NCBI GenBank assembly: GCA_024402435.1
Contig: JAKSTU010000007.1
Coordinates: 2,819-66,818 of the forward strand
Direction of reading: 5' to 3'
DNA length: 64,000 nt
DNA from: Treponemataceae bacterium
GTDB taxonomy: Bacteria; Spirochaetota; Spirochaetia; Treponematales; Treponemataceae
Below the pieces are notes generated by a model, which saw only the letters and a program-made list of their open reading frames with translations, was not told the DNA's origin and did not search any database. A program made the translations under genes and the position numbers. The first letter of the stretch is position 1. Every line of letters starts with the position of its first letter. This document shows positions 26,890 to 35,467 of this stretch, one piece after another.

Positions 26890-28476
26890 ATGAAAAAAGC
26901 TTTGACAATTCTGGTTGTGCTTTTGTGCGCAACTATGATGGTTTTTGCAGGCGGAAAAAAAGAAACCGCAAAAGCTGCAGAACCCATGGAACTTACACTC
27001 AACAATGGTGCAGAGCCTCAGTCTCTGGACCCTTCAAAAATCCAGGGTGTTCCTGAGCACCGCATTTACATGGCTCTGTTTGAAGGTCTCGTATCATACG
27101 ATCCTCAAACAAGCGAAGCTGTACCCGGTGTTGCAGAAAGCTGGACAATCAGTGACGACGGATCAGTCATCACATTCAAACTCCGCGACTGCACATGGAG
27201 CGACGGTGTAAAAATCACAGCTCAGACTTTTGTTGATTCATGGCTGTACTACATGGCACCCGAAACAGCTGCAGAATATGCTTACATGCCCGCTGCTGTT
27301 ATCAAAGGTGCAGAAGCATACAATGCAGGAGATGCAGATGCTTCAACTGTAGGACTTAAAGCAATTGATGAAAAAACACTGGAAGTAACACTGGTCGGAC
27401 CTGTTGCTTACGCTGTAGACATGATGCCCCACTATTCATTTGCTCCGCTGCCAATGCACGCAATTGCAAAATACGGTGATGACTGGATCAAACCCGGAAA
27501 ATTCGTTGGAAACGGACCTTTCGTACTGGAAACATGGACACCTCAGGAAAAAGTTTCTGTTGTAAAGAACGAAAACTACTGGAACAAAGCAAACGTTTAC
27601 CTTGACCGCGTAACATTCCTGCCTATCGAAGACACATCTACTTCTTACAATGCATTCAAAAACGGTGAATTGGACTGGGATACTTCAGTGCCGCTTGAAA
27701 TGCTTGACGAAGCAAAACTCCGTGATGACTATCAGGTTGCTCCCCAGCTTTCTTCATACTACTACTACATCAACATGAACAACGAAATCCTGTCTGATGT
27801 TCGCGTACGCTATGCTCTTTCTATGGCTCTTGACCGCCAGGAACTGGTTGACAAAGTTACACGTGCAGGACAGATTGCTGCAGGTGGATTTGTTCCTCCT
27901 ATGCCCGGTTACACACCCGCTGAAGGAAACCTCTATGATGCAGAAACAGCAAAAGCTCTTCTCGCTGAAGCAGGTTACCCCGACGGAAAAGGCTTCCCCA
28001 AAATGACAATCATTTACAACACAAATGATGCTCACAAAAAAATTGCTGAATGGGTACAGCAGGCATGGAAGAAAACACTGAACATTGATGTTGAACTTGA
28101 AAACCTGGAATGGGCAACATTCCTTGACCGCCGCCAGAGCAACGACTTCGAAATTGCTCGTGCAGGTTGGGTAGGTGACTATCAGGATCCTTCAAACTTC
28201 CTCGAACTGGTTACAACAACAAGTGGTAACAACGACGGACGCTATGCAAATCCTGAGTACGATGCACTTATCAAAAAAGCTGCAACAATGAAAGCCGGAC
28301 AGGACCGCCTTGATGTTCTGATGGCTGCAGAAGACATCCTGATCAACAAAGACCAGGCTCTGATTCCTTTCTACTTCTATGTTTCTCAGAACATGATTGA
28401 CCTTGACGTTTGGGAAGGTTGGTATGTCAACACAATGGACGTACACCCCTATGTTGGTATGAAAAAGAAGAACTGA
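26890..28476 (+). CDS. peptide ABC transporter substrate-binding lipoprotein (family 5, Opp/Dpp-type)
   Basis: GGAGG then ATG 26890. Signal MKKALTILVVLLCATMMVFAGG. Family-5 SBP patterns (WSDGVKITAQ, NENYWNK). Confidence 0.92.
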   Translation: MKKALTILVVLLCATMMVFAGGKKETAKAAEPMELTLNNGAEPQSLDPSKIQGVPEHRIYMALFEGLVSYDPQTSEAVPGVAESWTISDDGSVITFKLRDCTWSDGVKITAQTFVDSWLYYMAPETAAEYAYMPAAVIKGAEAYNAGDADASTVGLKAIDEKTLEVTLVGPVAYAVDMMPHYSFAPLPMHAIAKYGDDWIKPGKFVGNGPFVLETWTPQEKVSVVKNENYWNKANVYLDRVTFLPIEDTSTSYNAFKNGELDWDTSVPLEMLDEAKLRDDYQVAPQLSSYYYYINMNNEILSDVRVRYALSMALDRQELVDKVTRAGQIAAGGFVPPMPGYTPAEGNLYDAETAKALLAEAGYPDGKGFPKMTIIYNTNDAHKKIAEWVQQAWKKTLNIDVELENLEWATFLDRRQSNDFEIARAGWVGDYQDPSNFLELVTTTSGNNDGRYANPEYDALIKKAATMKAGQDRLDVLMAAEDILINKDQALIPFYFYVSQNMIDLDVWEGWYVNTMDVHPYVGMKKKN

Positions 28477-28500
28477 TTTGAATTAGACTTCTGATTCAGA

Positions 28501-28539
28501 CTGGGTCCGGTTTTGTTCCGGGCTCAGTTTTTTTTTGCA
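28501..28539 (+). terminator. intrinsic terminator/attenuator between the SBP gene and the permease genes
   Basis: CTGGGTCCGG-TTTTGTT-CCGGGCTCAG followed by T9. Confidence 0.7.
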
Positions 28540-28625
28540 GAGTCTTTTTCCTTTGCAAATCTAAAAACATGCTATACAATAAAATGCTGACAAAAATGTT
28601 AATATTTTAATTAAAGGATGCGCCG

Positions 28626-29555
28626 ATGGGTCGTTTTGTTTTTCGCCGGTTTCTTAGTTTGATCCCGACGATGTTTCTTATCGTAACGTTAAGTTTCTTC
28701 CTTATACGTTTGGCACCTGGAGGTCCTTTTTCAAGTGAGAAGAAGGTAACTGAAGAGGTAATGCAGAATCTGCTCAAGAAGTATCACATGGATGAGCCGC
28801 TTGTTAAGCAGTATCTGCGTTATATGAATGATGTACTTCATGGTGATTTGGGTCCTTCTTTCAAGAACAAGGACTTTACAGTCAATGAACTGATTATGTC
28901 AAACCTGCCGAATTCAATCATGCTTGGTTGTATTTCTTTGGCAGCCGCTTTGATTCTGGGACTTTCCGTCGGAATTGTTTCGGCGCTGAAACAGAACACG
29001 TGGGTTGACTATCTTGTCATGTCACTGGCAGTAATAGGAATTTCAGTTCCTCTTTTTGTCGTCGGTCCCGTACTTCAGTATTTCTTTGCCATGAAACTTA
29101 AATGGCTGCCTACTTCCGGCTGGATAAACAGCAAAAACGGTCTCAAGACCATCATCATGCCGGCAATTACATTGTCATTCCCTTATTTTGCATATATCGC
29201 ACGTCTTTCCCGTGCAAGTGTTCTTGAAGTTCTCCGCTCTGACTACATCCGCACAGCCAAAGCAAAAGGGCTTTCACAGACAAAAATCATGACACGGCAT
29301 GTACTTAAAGGTGCAATGCTTCCGGTTGTCAGTTATCTGGGACCCGCTTTCGCAGGTATCATCACCGGTTCTGTTGTTGTTGAACAGGTATTCCTTGTTC
29401 CCGGACTCGGAAACTTCTTCACAAAGTCAGCACTGAACCGTGACTACACACTGATCATGGGAACAGTAATCGTTTATTCCACAATTCTTGTAATCATGAA
29501 CTTTGTGGTTGATATTGTTTACGGACTTCTTGATCCGCGCATTTCTTACAAATAA
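28626..29555 (+). CDS. peptide ABC transporter permease (OppB/DppB-like)
   Basis: N-terminus MGRFVFRRFLSLIPTMFLIVTLSFFLIRLAPGGPF and the EAA-loop region SDYIRTAKAKGL. Confidence 0.93.
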   Translation: MGRFVFRRFLSLIPTMFLIVTLSFFLIRLAPGGPFSSEKKVTEEVMQNLLKKYHMDEPLVKQYLRYMNDVLHGDLGPSFKNKDFTVNELIMSNLPNSIMLGCISLAAALILGLSVGIVSALKQNTWVDYLVMSLAVIGISVPLFVVGPVLQYFFAMKLKWLPTSGWINSKNGLKTIIMPAITLSFPYFAYIARLSRASVLEVLRSDYIRTAKAKGLSQTKIMTRHVLKGAMLPVVSYLGPAFAGIITGSVVVEQVFLVPGLGNFFTKSALNRDYTLIMGTVIVYSTILVIMNFVVDIVYGLLDPRISYK

Positions 29556-29567
29556 GGAGGCCTGAAA

Positions 29568-30623
29568 ATGTTGTTCAATAAAAAGGCCGAAGCAGCGGTC
29601 AACGAATTCAACCAGAACATGAAGCCTGTTTCTTTGTGGGAAGATGCATGGAAACGCCTTCGCAAGAACAAGATGGCTCTGATCGGGCTTGTGGTTGCAG
29701 GAATCTATGTAGTCCTTGCACTGTTTGCTCCGATTCTTCCTCTCTATCCTTATGAAGAACAGGTTCTTGATCATATCAATCTTCCGCCTTCATTCAAACC
29801 TGCCGGCGAAGTAATGATTCAGCAGCGTGAAGCTTATCTGGCAAAAGTCATGAAGAAAGAAAAACGCACTGAATACAACGCTGCAGAAAAAGCTGAACTT
29901 GCTGCAATGCGTGAGGCAGCCGATACGGATCCGGTTCACAAGCGTGTTTACATTCTCGGAACAGACAGTTTGGGACGTGACATGCTTTCCCGCACAATCT
30001 ACGGCGGACGCATTTCAATTGCAATCGGTCTTATCGGTACTGTAACGGCTCTGCTTCTGGGTGTAGTAATCGGTGCTGTTGCCGGTTATGCAGGCGGCCG
30101 GGTGGATAACGTGATCATGCGCTTTGTAGACATCATGTACGGTTTGCCTTACATGCTCATTGTAATCATTCTTATGGCCATCATGGGTCGCAACGTGTTC
30201 ATTCTGTTCGTTGCAATCGCACTTGTTTCGTGGCTCAGCATTGCACGTGTTGTCCGCGGACAGATCATCAGTCTTAAAAACTCCGAGTTCGTGCAGGCGG
30301 CGCGTTCCATGGGTGCCAGTTCCTGGCGCATCATCTGGAAACATCTGCTTCCAAACACAATCGGAATTATCATTGTTTATTCGTCTTTGTCACTGCCTTC
30401 ATTCATCATGAACGAAAGTTTCCTTTCATTCTTGGGCTTGGGTGTTTCTGCGCCGCTGGCTTCATGGGGATCTTTGGTTTCTGAAGGTGTAAGAGCCATG
30501 GAACTTTATCCTTGGCAGCTGCTGGTTCCGGCATTGGTCATGACGCTTTTCCTGTTTGCAATGAACTTTGTAGGCGACGGAATGCGTGATGCTTTTGACC
30601 CCCAGGGCAAGAACAAGGCTTAA
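29568..30623 (+). CDS. peptide ABC transporter permease (OppC/DppC-like)
   Basis: AGGAGG RBS. Conserved LGTDSLGRDMLSRTIYGGRISI and FVQAARSMGAS motifs. Confidence 0.93.
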   Translation: MLFNKKAEAAVNEFNQNMKPVSLWEDAWKRLRKNKMALIGLVVAGIYVVLALFAPILPLYPYEEQVLDHINLPPSFKPAGEVMIQQREAYLAKVMKKEKRTEYNAAEKAELAAMREAADTDPVHKRVYILGTDSLGRDMLSRTIYGGRISIAIGLIGTVTALLLGVVIGAVAGYAGGRVDNVIMRFVDIMYGLPYMLIVIILMAIMGRNVFILFVAIALVSWLSIARVVRGQIISLKNSEFVQAARSMGASSWRIIWKHLLPNTIGIIIVYSSLSLPSFIMNESFLSFLGLGVSAPLASWGSLVSEGVRAMELYPWQLLVPALVMTLFLFAMNFVGDGMRDAFDPQGKNKA

Positions 30624-30634
30624 GGAGGCGGACA

Positions 30635-31657
30635 ATGTCAACAATGACAGATGAAGTAATTCTTCAGGTAAAAGATCTTCGAACATATTTCCACACTGAT
30701 GAAGGAATTGTAAAAGCTGTTGACGGCATTACATTTGATTTGCGCAAAGGTGAAACTGTCGGTATCGTTGGTGAATCCGGCTCCGGAAAAAGTGTTACAA
30801 ACCTTTCAATCATGAATCTGGTTCAGTCCCCGCCCGGAAAAATTGAAGGCGGAGAAGTCCTGTTCAACGGAAAAGACCTTCTTAAAATGGATGACAAGAC
30901 AATCCGTGACATTCGCGGAAATAAAATCTCCATGATTTTCCAGGATCCTATGTCCAGTCTGAATCCGTTCCTCAAGATTTCCACACAGATGATTGAGACG
31001 ATTCAGCTTCATCAGGGTTTGGACAAAAAGGCCGCCCGTGCAAAAGCAATTGAAATGCTCAAACTTGCCGGTATTCCTGCTGCCGAGGAACGCATTGACT
31101 GTTATCCTCATCAGTTTTCAGGCGGTATGCGCCAGCGCGTAATGATTGCAATGGGACTTTCCTGCAATCCTGAAATTCTTATTGCAGATGAACCTACAAG
31201 TGCTTTGGACGTTACAATTCAGGCACAGATTCTGGAACTGATGCAGGATCTGACACGCCGTTTGGGAACAGCCGTAATCATGATTACACACTCTTTGGGT
31301 GTTGTTGCCGGTATGTGCGACACTATTCTTGTAATGTATGCAGGCCGTGTTGTAGAACGCGGTTTTACAAAAGACATTTTCAAGGAACCAAAACATCCTT
31401 ATACACAGGGACTTATCAAATCAGTTCCCCGTCTGGACAAAGAGAACGAAGAACGCTTGTTCTCCATTCAGGGCCAGCCGCCGAACGTTATTGATCTGCC
31501 GCCCTGCTGTCCGTTCTATCCGCGTTGTCATAAAGCAATGGAAATCTGTAAGAAAAAGTATCCGCCTCTTACGACTTTTGACAACGGACACTGCACTTCC
31601 TGCTGGCAGTATGCTCAGGAAGAAGCTGCTGCAGAATCAACTGGGGAGAAGGCATGA
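30635..31657 (+). CDS. peptide ABC transporter ATP-binding protein (OppD/DppD-like)
   Basis: Walker A GESGSGKS, signature [12 protein letters not shown], Walker [13 protein letters not shown] and a C-terminal oligopeptide-type extension with Cys residues. Confidence 0.94.
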   Translation: MSTMTDEVILQVKDLRTYFHTDEGIVKAVDGITFDLRKGETVGIVGESGSGKSVTNLSIMNLVQSPPGKIEGGEVLFNGKDLLKMDDKTIRDIRGNKISMIFQDPMSSLNPFLKISTQMIETIQLHQGLDKKAARAKAIEMLKLAGIPAAEERIDCYPHQFSGGMRQRVMIAMGLSCNPEILIADEPTSALDVTIQAQILELMQDLTRRLGTAVIMITHSLGVVAGMCDTILVMYAGRVVERGFTKDIFKEPKHPYTQGLIKSVPRLDKENEERLFSIQGQPPNVIDLPPCCPFYPRCHKAMEICKKKYPPLTTFDNGHCTSCWQYAQEEAAAESTGEKA

Positions 31658-32673
31658 TGGAAGAGACAAAGAAAAACGATATTCTGCTCGATGTAAAAGG
31701 GCTTAAAATGCATTTTCCCACGGGAACAAAGGGACTTTTCAACCGTGAAAAAACTTTTGTTTATGCAGTTGACGGCGTTGATTTTCAGATCCGGAGGGGA
31801 GAAACTTTGGGTCTGGTTGGTGAATCCGGATGCGGAAAATCAACTGTAGCCCGCGCAGTTGCACAGCTTTACAAACCTACTGCAGGTGAAGTTCTTCTTG
31901 ACGGTAAAGACCTTACCAAAATGAAGAAAAACGAGTTGCTGCTTGCCCGCAAAGACATGCAGATTGTATTCCAGGATCCTTATGGTTCACTGAATCCGCG
32001 CATGACAACTGCCAACCTGATTGCGGAACCCATGCGCATTTTCAAGCAGCGCGGCATCATTACCATGACAGATCAGGAAATTGACGCAAGAGTTGAAAAA
32101 CTGATGGAAATGGTCGGTTTGTCAAAATTTTTCAAGAACCGTTATCCCCATGAGTTTTCCGGTGGACAGAGACAGAGAATCGGTATTGCCCGTGCTTTGG
32201 CTCTTCGTCCTCAGCTGATTCTCTGTGACGAACCTGTTTCCGCGTTGGACGTTTCTATTCAGGCACAGATTCTGAACCTGTTCAAAGATGTTCAGAAAGA
32301 GCTTGGACTGACATATCTGTTCATTGCCCATGATCTTGCTGTAATCAAATACATTTCTGACAGAATTGCAGTCATGTATTTGGGAAAAATCGTGGAAATA
32401 AGTGATTACAAGGATTTGTATGACAATCCTATGCATCCTTATACAAAGGCACTGCTTTCTGCCGCTCCCATTCCGGACCCGGAAATTGAAGCCAAACGTC
32501 AGCGCATTATTCTGAACGGAGATGTTCCGTCTCCCACAGTAAAACGCCCGGGCTGTTACTTCTACGACCGTTGTCCCAACCGCATGGAGTGCTGCAAGAA
32601 TGCGCAGCCCACGCTTAAAGACACCGGAAGCGGCAACCATCAGGTAGCCTGTTTCCTCTATGAACAGCATTAA
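31654..32673 (+). CDS. peptide ABC transporter ATP-binding protein (OppF/DppF-like)
   Basis: ATGA overlap with the previous gene. Walker A GESGCGKST, signature FSGGQRQRIGIARA and Walker B LILCDEPVSALD. Confidence 0.94.
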   Translation: MMEETKKNDILLDVKGLKMHFPTGTKGLFNREKTFVYAVDGVDFQIRRGETLGLVGESGCGKSTVARAVAQLYKPTAGEVLLDGKDLTKMKKNELLLARKDMQIVFQDPYGSLNPRMTTANLIAEPMRIFKQRGIITMTDQEIDARVEKLMEMVGLSKFFKNRYPHEFSGGQRQRIGIARALALRPQLILCDEPVSALDVSIQAQILNLFKDVQKELGLTYLFIAHDLAVIKYISDRIAVMYLGKIVEISDYKDLYDNPMHPYTKALLSAAPIPDPEIEAKRQRIILNGDVPSPTVKRPGCYFYDRCPNRMECCKNAQPTLKDTGSGNHQVACFLYEQH

Positions 32674-32687
32674 AACAATGCTTGAAA

Positions 32688-32722
32688 GCGGAGCACTTTT
32701 TCGGTGTTCCGCTTTTTTTTTT
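32688..32722 (+). terminator. rho-independent terminator after the peptide ABC operon
   Basis: GCGGAGCAC-TTTTTC-GGTGTTCCGC followed by T10. Confidence 0.85.
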
Positions 32723-32738
32723 GTTTTTTTTCATCCGG

Positions 32739-32767
32739 TTGCAAAAAAATATGCAAGTTACTAAAAT
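32739..32767 (+). promoter_or_regulatory. sigma-70-like promoter TTGCAA-N17-TAAAAT, 8 nt upstream of the PilZ ATG (leaderless candidate)
   Basis: -35 at 32739-32744 and -10 at 32762-32767. ATG at 32776 with no Shine-Dalgarno between. Confidence 0.5.
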
Positions 32768-32775
32768 ATTAATAT

Positions 32776-33156
32776 ATGCAGTCTGATAAAAGAAAAGACG
32801 AACGGTATGAAGATATCGGCCGTGTAGAAGCACCGGAGCTGTGCGTATTTCCTGGTGTGCTTCAGGACATCAGTATGCTCGGATGTCGTGTCCGTTTTCC
32901 CATGGAATTTGATCCTGATATGGAAATGGACATTGAAATGCGGGTTATTCCCGCCCATAAAAGAACTCTCCAGCCCATCAGTCTGATTGGTCATCCCATG
33001 TGGGTCCGCCATGATGACAATTCCACTGAGATCGGTTTCAAACTTTTGCGTTCTCCTGATTCCCGCGAACTGCACCAGTATGTTCAGCGGCTTGCACTTG
33101 CCGAAGCGGAGTTTGAAGAAGAAGAAGAAATGCTTGCTTTATGTGCAGCAATATAA
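32776..33156 (+). CDS. PilZ domain protein (c-di-GMP receptor candidate)
   Basis: RxxxR motif (KRKDERY) and DxSxxG motif (DISMLGCRV). Acidic C-terminal tail. Confidence 0.8.
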   Translation: MQSDKRKDERYEDIGRVEAPELCVFPGVLQDISMLGCRVRFPMEFDPDMEMDIEMRVIPAHKRTLQPISLIGHPMWVRHDDNSTEIGFKLLRSPDSRELHQYVQRLALAEAEFEEEEEMLALCAAI

Positions 33157-34145
33157 AAAAACTTGATGCCGTAGGATATTTGGCCTATCCTGAAATGCAG
33201 GCCTTCCTTCAGTCCGAACTGACAGAGCGTTTTCCTGCTTTTCTGGCGGACTGTGATAAACCTGCTTACTATGGCGATATTTCCCTTTACAGCAAAAAAA
33301 ACAGTTCTGAAACTGAAGTTCCTGTTCCATACTGGACAAGAACCGTACTTTTGGAGCCGATGCTCATCACTTTTGAGTCAATCGGAGAAGCCGCACGCAC
33401 ACTTAAGGAAATCCAGAGAAACTGGGCTCCGTATCAGTATACGCAGTTCCGCCGTGCAAGCCTGATTCAGGAAAAACTTCCTTACATCAATACAAAAGTC
33501 AGAAAATTTCCCTTTTCTGTGCCACGTTCACCCATTGGAATTTACACTCTGATTGACGAACACACAATGCTGGCTTCTGCAGTTACAACTTCACCGTTGC
33601 CGGCCGGACAGCTTGTATTTGAGGAAAATCACATAGATCCGCCGAGCCGCGCATATCTGAAGATTCAGGAAGCCCTGGTCAGGTTCAATTATTTTTTCGG
33701 AAAAGAGGGCGAGCCTGCCCTTATGCCGGGACCTGAAAGCCGTTGTCTTGATGCGGGAGCCTGTCCCGGAGGCTGGACATGGGTTCTTCGTCAGCTTGGG
33801 GCAACAGTTACTGCCATTGACAGGGCGCCTCTCTGCGATTCCCTTATGTCAGACCCGAAAGTTACATTCATGACACATGATGCTTTTACACTAACTCCGG
33901 AATCCATGGGCCCCATGGACTGGGTTTTTTCAGATGTTATCTGCTATCCGGAGCGGCTTCTTTCTTGGGTGCGCGGCTGGATAGAAAGCGGTTTGTGCCC
34001 GAACATGATCTGTACGATAAAAATGCAGGGCGGCGTAAACTGGGACGCAGTGGCCAAGTTTGCAGCAATTCCCGGCAGCAGGGTAGTGCATTTGTGCTAC
34101 AACAAACACGAACTGACATGGATGTACCACAATGAGTCAAACTGA
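33141..34145 (+). CDS. RlmM-like SAM-dependent 2'-O-ribose methyltransferase (THUMP-like N-terminus + FtsJ-like C-terminus)
   Basis: PPSRAYLKIQEA..., LDAGACPGGWTWVL and DWVFSDVICYPERLL match the E. coli RlmM pattern (APSRSTLKLEEA, DLGACPGGWT, MVCDMVEKP). The start is uncertain (33141 or M at 33195). Confidence 0.75.
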   Translation: MCSNIKKLDAVGYLAYPEMQAFLQSELTERFPAFLADCDKPAYYGDISLYSKKNSSETEVPVPYWTRTVLLEPMLITFESIGEAARTLKEIQRNWAPYQYTQFRRASLIQEKLPYINTKVRKFPFSVPRSPIGIYTLIDEHTMLASAVTTSPLPAGQLVFEENHIDPPSRAYLKIQEALVRFNYFFGKEGEPALMPGPESRCLDAGACPGGWTWVLRQLGATVTAIDRAPLCDSLMSDPKVTFMTHDAFTLTPESMGPMDWVFSDVICYPERLLSWVRGWIESGLCPNMICTIKMQGGVNWDAVAKFAAIPGSRVVHLCYNKHELTWMYHNESN

Positions 34146-35097
34146 ACGCATTCTGTATCTGGACAAAAGGATGCGGCTGAACGGAAGTGTTTCTGCACAG
34201 GTTGCTGCAGATCATTTTGAGATTTCCGTACGCCAGATAAAACGGGACATTGAAGCTTTGCGTGACCGTTTTTCAGCGCCGATTGTCTACAGCCGCGAAA
34301 AAAAAGGTTACTGCTACGAGACCCCTTTTGATGAACTGGAAACGGCCGGACAGAGCATGGTCATGTTTTATGTGATGATAAAAGCTCTGTCACAAAGTCA
34401 GAATGTTATTCCGGTGCTTTCCGAAGAAATACTCAAAACCCTTGAAGTCAATGTTCCGAATGAATACAGGGAAATGTGCGCGCGCATAAATTATCAGATT
34501 CCCCAGTATCAGGAAATCAATTCTCTGCATTTTGTGGCAATTTGCGATGCGCTCAAGGAACACACCTGTCTTGAAATTGAATACATGAACGTGAACGGCG
34601 ATGTTTCAGTGCGTCTTGTGGAACCTCTTGAAGTGATAAATTACGGCGGAATCTGGTACATGGCCTGTTTTGACCGTCTGAAGAATGCTTTGAGAACTTT
34701 CAACGTTTCCCGCATCAGAAAAGCAAAAGCCACGGATGAACCATGGGAAAAACACAAAGACGGATATCCCAACCTGAAGTTCAAAAGTTTTGCTGCAGAA
34801 GTGGAACAGTTTTTGTCAGGCGGGTTCGGAATCTTTTTGGGCGCCCAACGCAAAACCGTGAGAATTGAATTCAGCGGGACACCGGCACACATTGTCCGTA
34901 ATCAGGTATGGCATTCGGCCCAAAAAATGAAAGATTTGGAAGACGGCAAAATCGAACTGCAGTTTCCGGCAGCTGATTTTACGGAAGTCCTTGCAAAAAT
35001 TCTGTATTTCGGAAAAAACGCCCGGCCTTTGGAACCGCCTGAACTGGTAGAAAAATGGAAGGAAGAAGTTCGGGCTATGGCCGCCTTGGCTGAATGA
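34132..35097 (+). CDS. WYL-domain transcriptional regulator (YafY-like: HTH + WYL + WCX)
   Basis: N-terminal HTH RILYLDKRMRLNGSVSAQVAADHFEISVRQIKRDIEALR. WYL core VEPLEVINYGGIWYMACFDRLKNALRTFNVSRI. 14-nt overlap with the methyltransferase gene. Confidence 0.85.
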   Translation: MSQTERILYLDKRMRLNGSVSAQVAADHFEISVRQIKRDIEALRDRFSAPIVYSREKKGYCYETPFDELETAGQSMVMFYVMIKALSQSQNVIPVLSEEILKTLEVNVPNEYREMCARINYQIPQYQEINSLHFVAICDALKEHTCLEIEYMNVNGDVSVRLVEPLEVINYGGIWYMACFDRLKNALRTFNVSRIRKAKATDEPWEKHKDGYPNLKFKSFAAEVEQFLSGGFGIFLGAQRKTVRIEFSGTPAHIVRNQVWHSAQKMKDLEDGKIELQFPAADFTEVLAKILYFGKNARPLEPPELVEKWKEEVRAMAALAE

Positions 35098-35113
35098 CCG
35101 CCGGTCAAAAAAA

Positions 35114-35467
35114 TCAGCGGCCGGTCAGTTCTTTGAGTTTTTCCTTTTTTTCCATAAGAAGATCATAAACCGGCAGAAGAGAAGCACAGTCGCAGGTATC
35201 AAAACGGAGCGGTTCAACAATCTTTACAACTTCATCAAGAAGCGGTGTAAGCCCCATGTTTGCAAGAACACCTTTAAGAGTGTGAGATGTGTCAAAAGCC
35301 GCTTTTACGTTGTTTTCCCGGAGAGTCTTGCCAAGATTCTCAAAGTTTTCGTCAGCAAGGACTGTATCAAGACAGGTCATGTACAAAGCTTCATCATCAA
35401 GAAAACGGCGCATTGCTCCGTCAATGTCACAACCCCAGGTATAAAGATTCTGAATAACAGTGTTCAT
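35114..35467 (-). CDS. Hpt (histidine phosphotransfer) domain protein
   Basis: HTLKGVLANMGL phosphorylatable-His motif. 117 aa. ATGA overlap with the upstream gene. Confidence 0.85.
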   Translation of the reverse strand: MNTVIQNLYTWGCDIDGAMRRFLDDEALYMTCLDTVLADENFENLGKTLRENNVKAAFDTSHTLKGVLANMGLTPLLDEVVKIVEPLRFDTCDCASLLPVYDLLMEKKEKLKELTGR

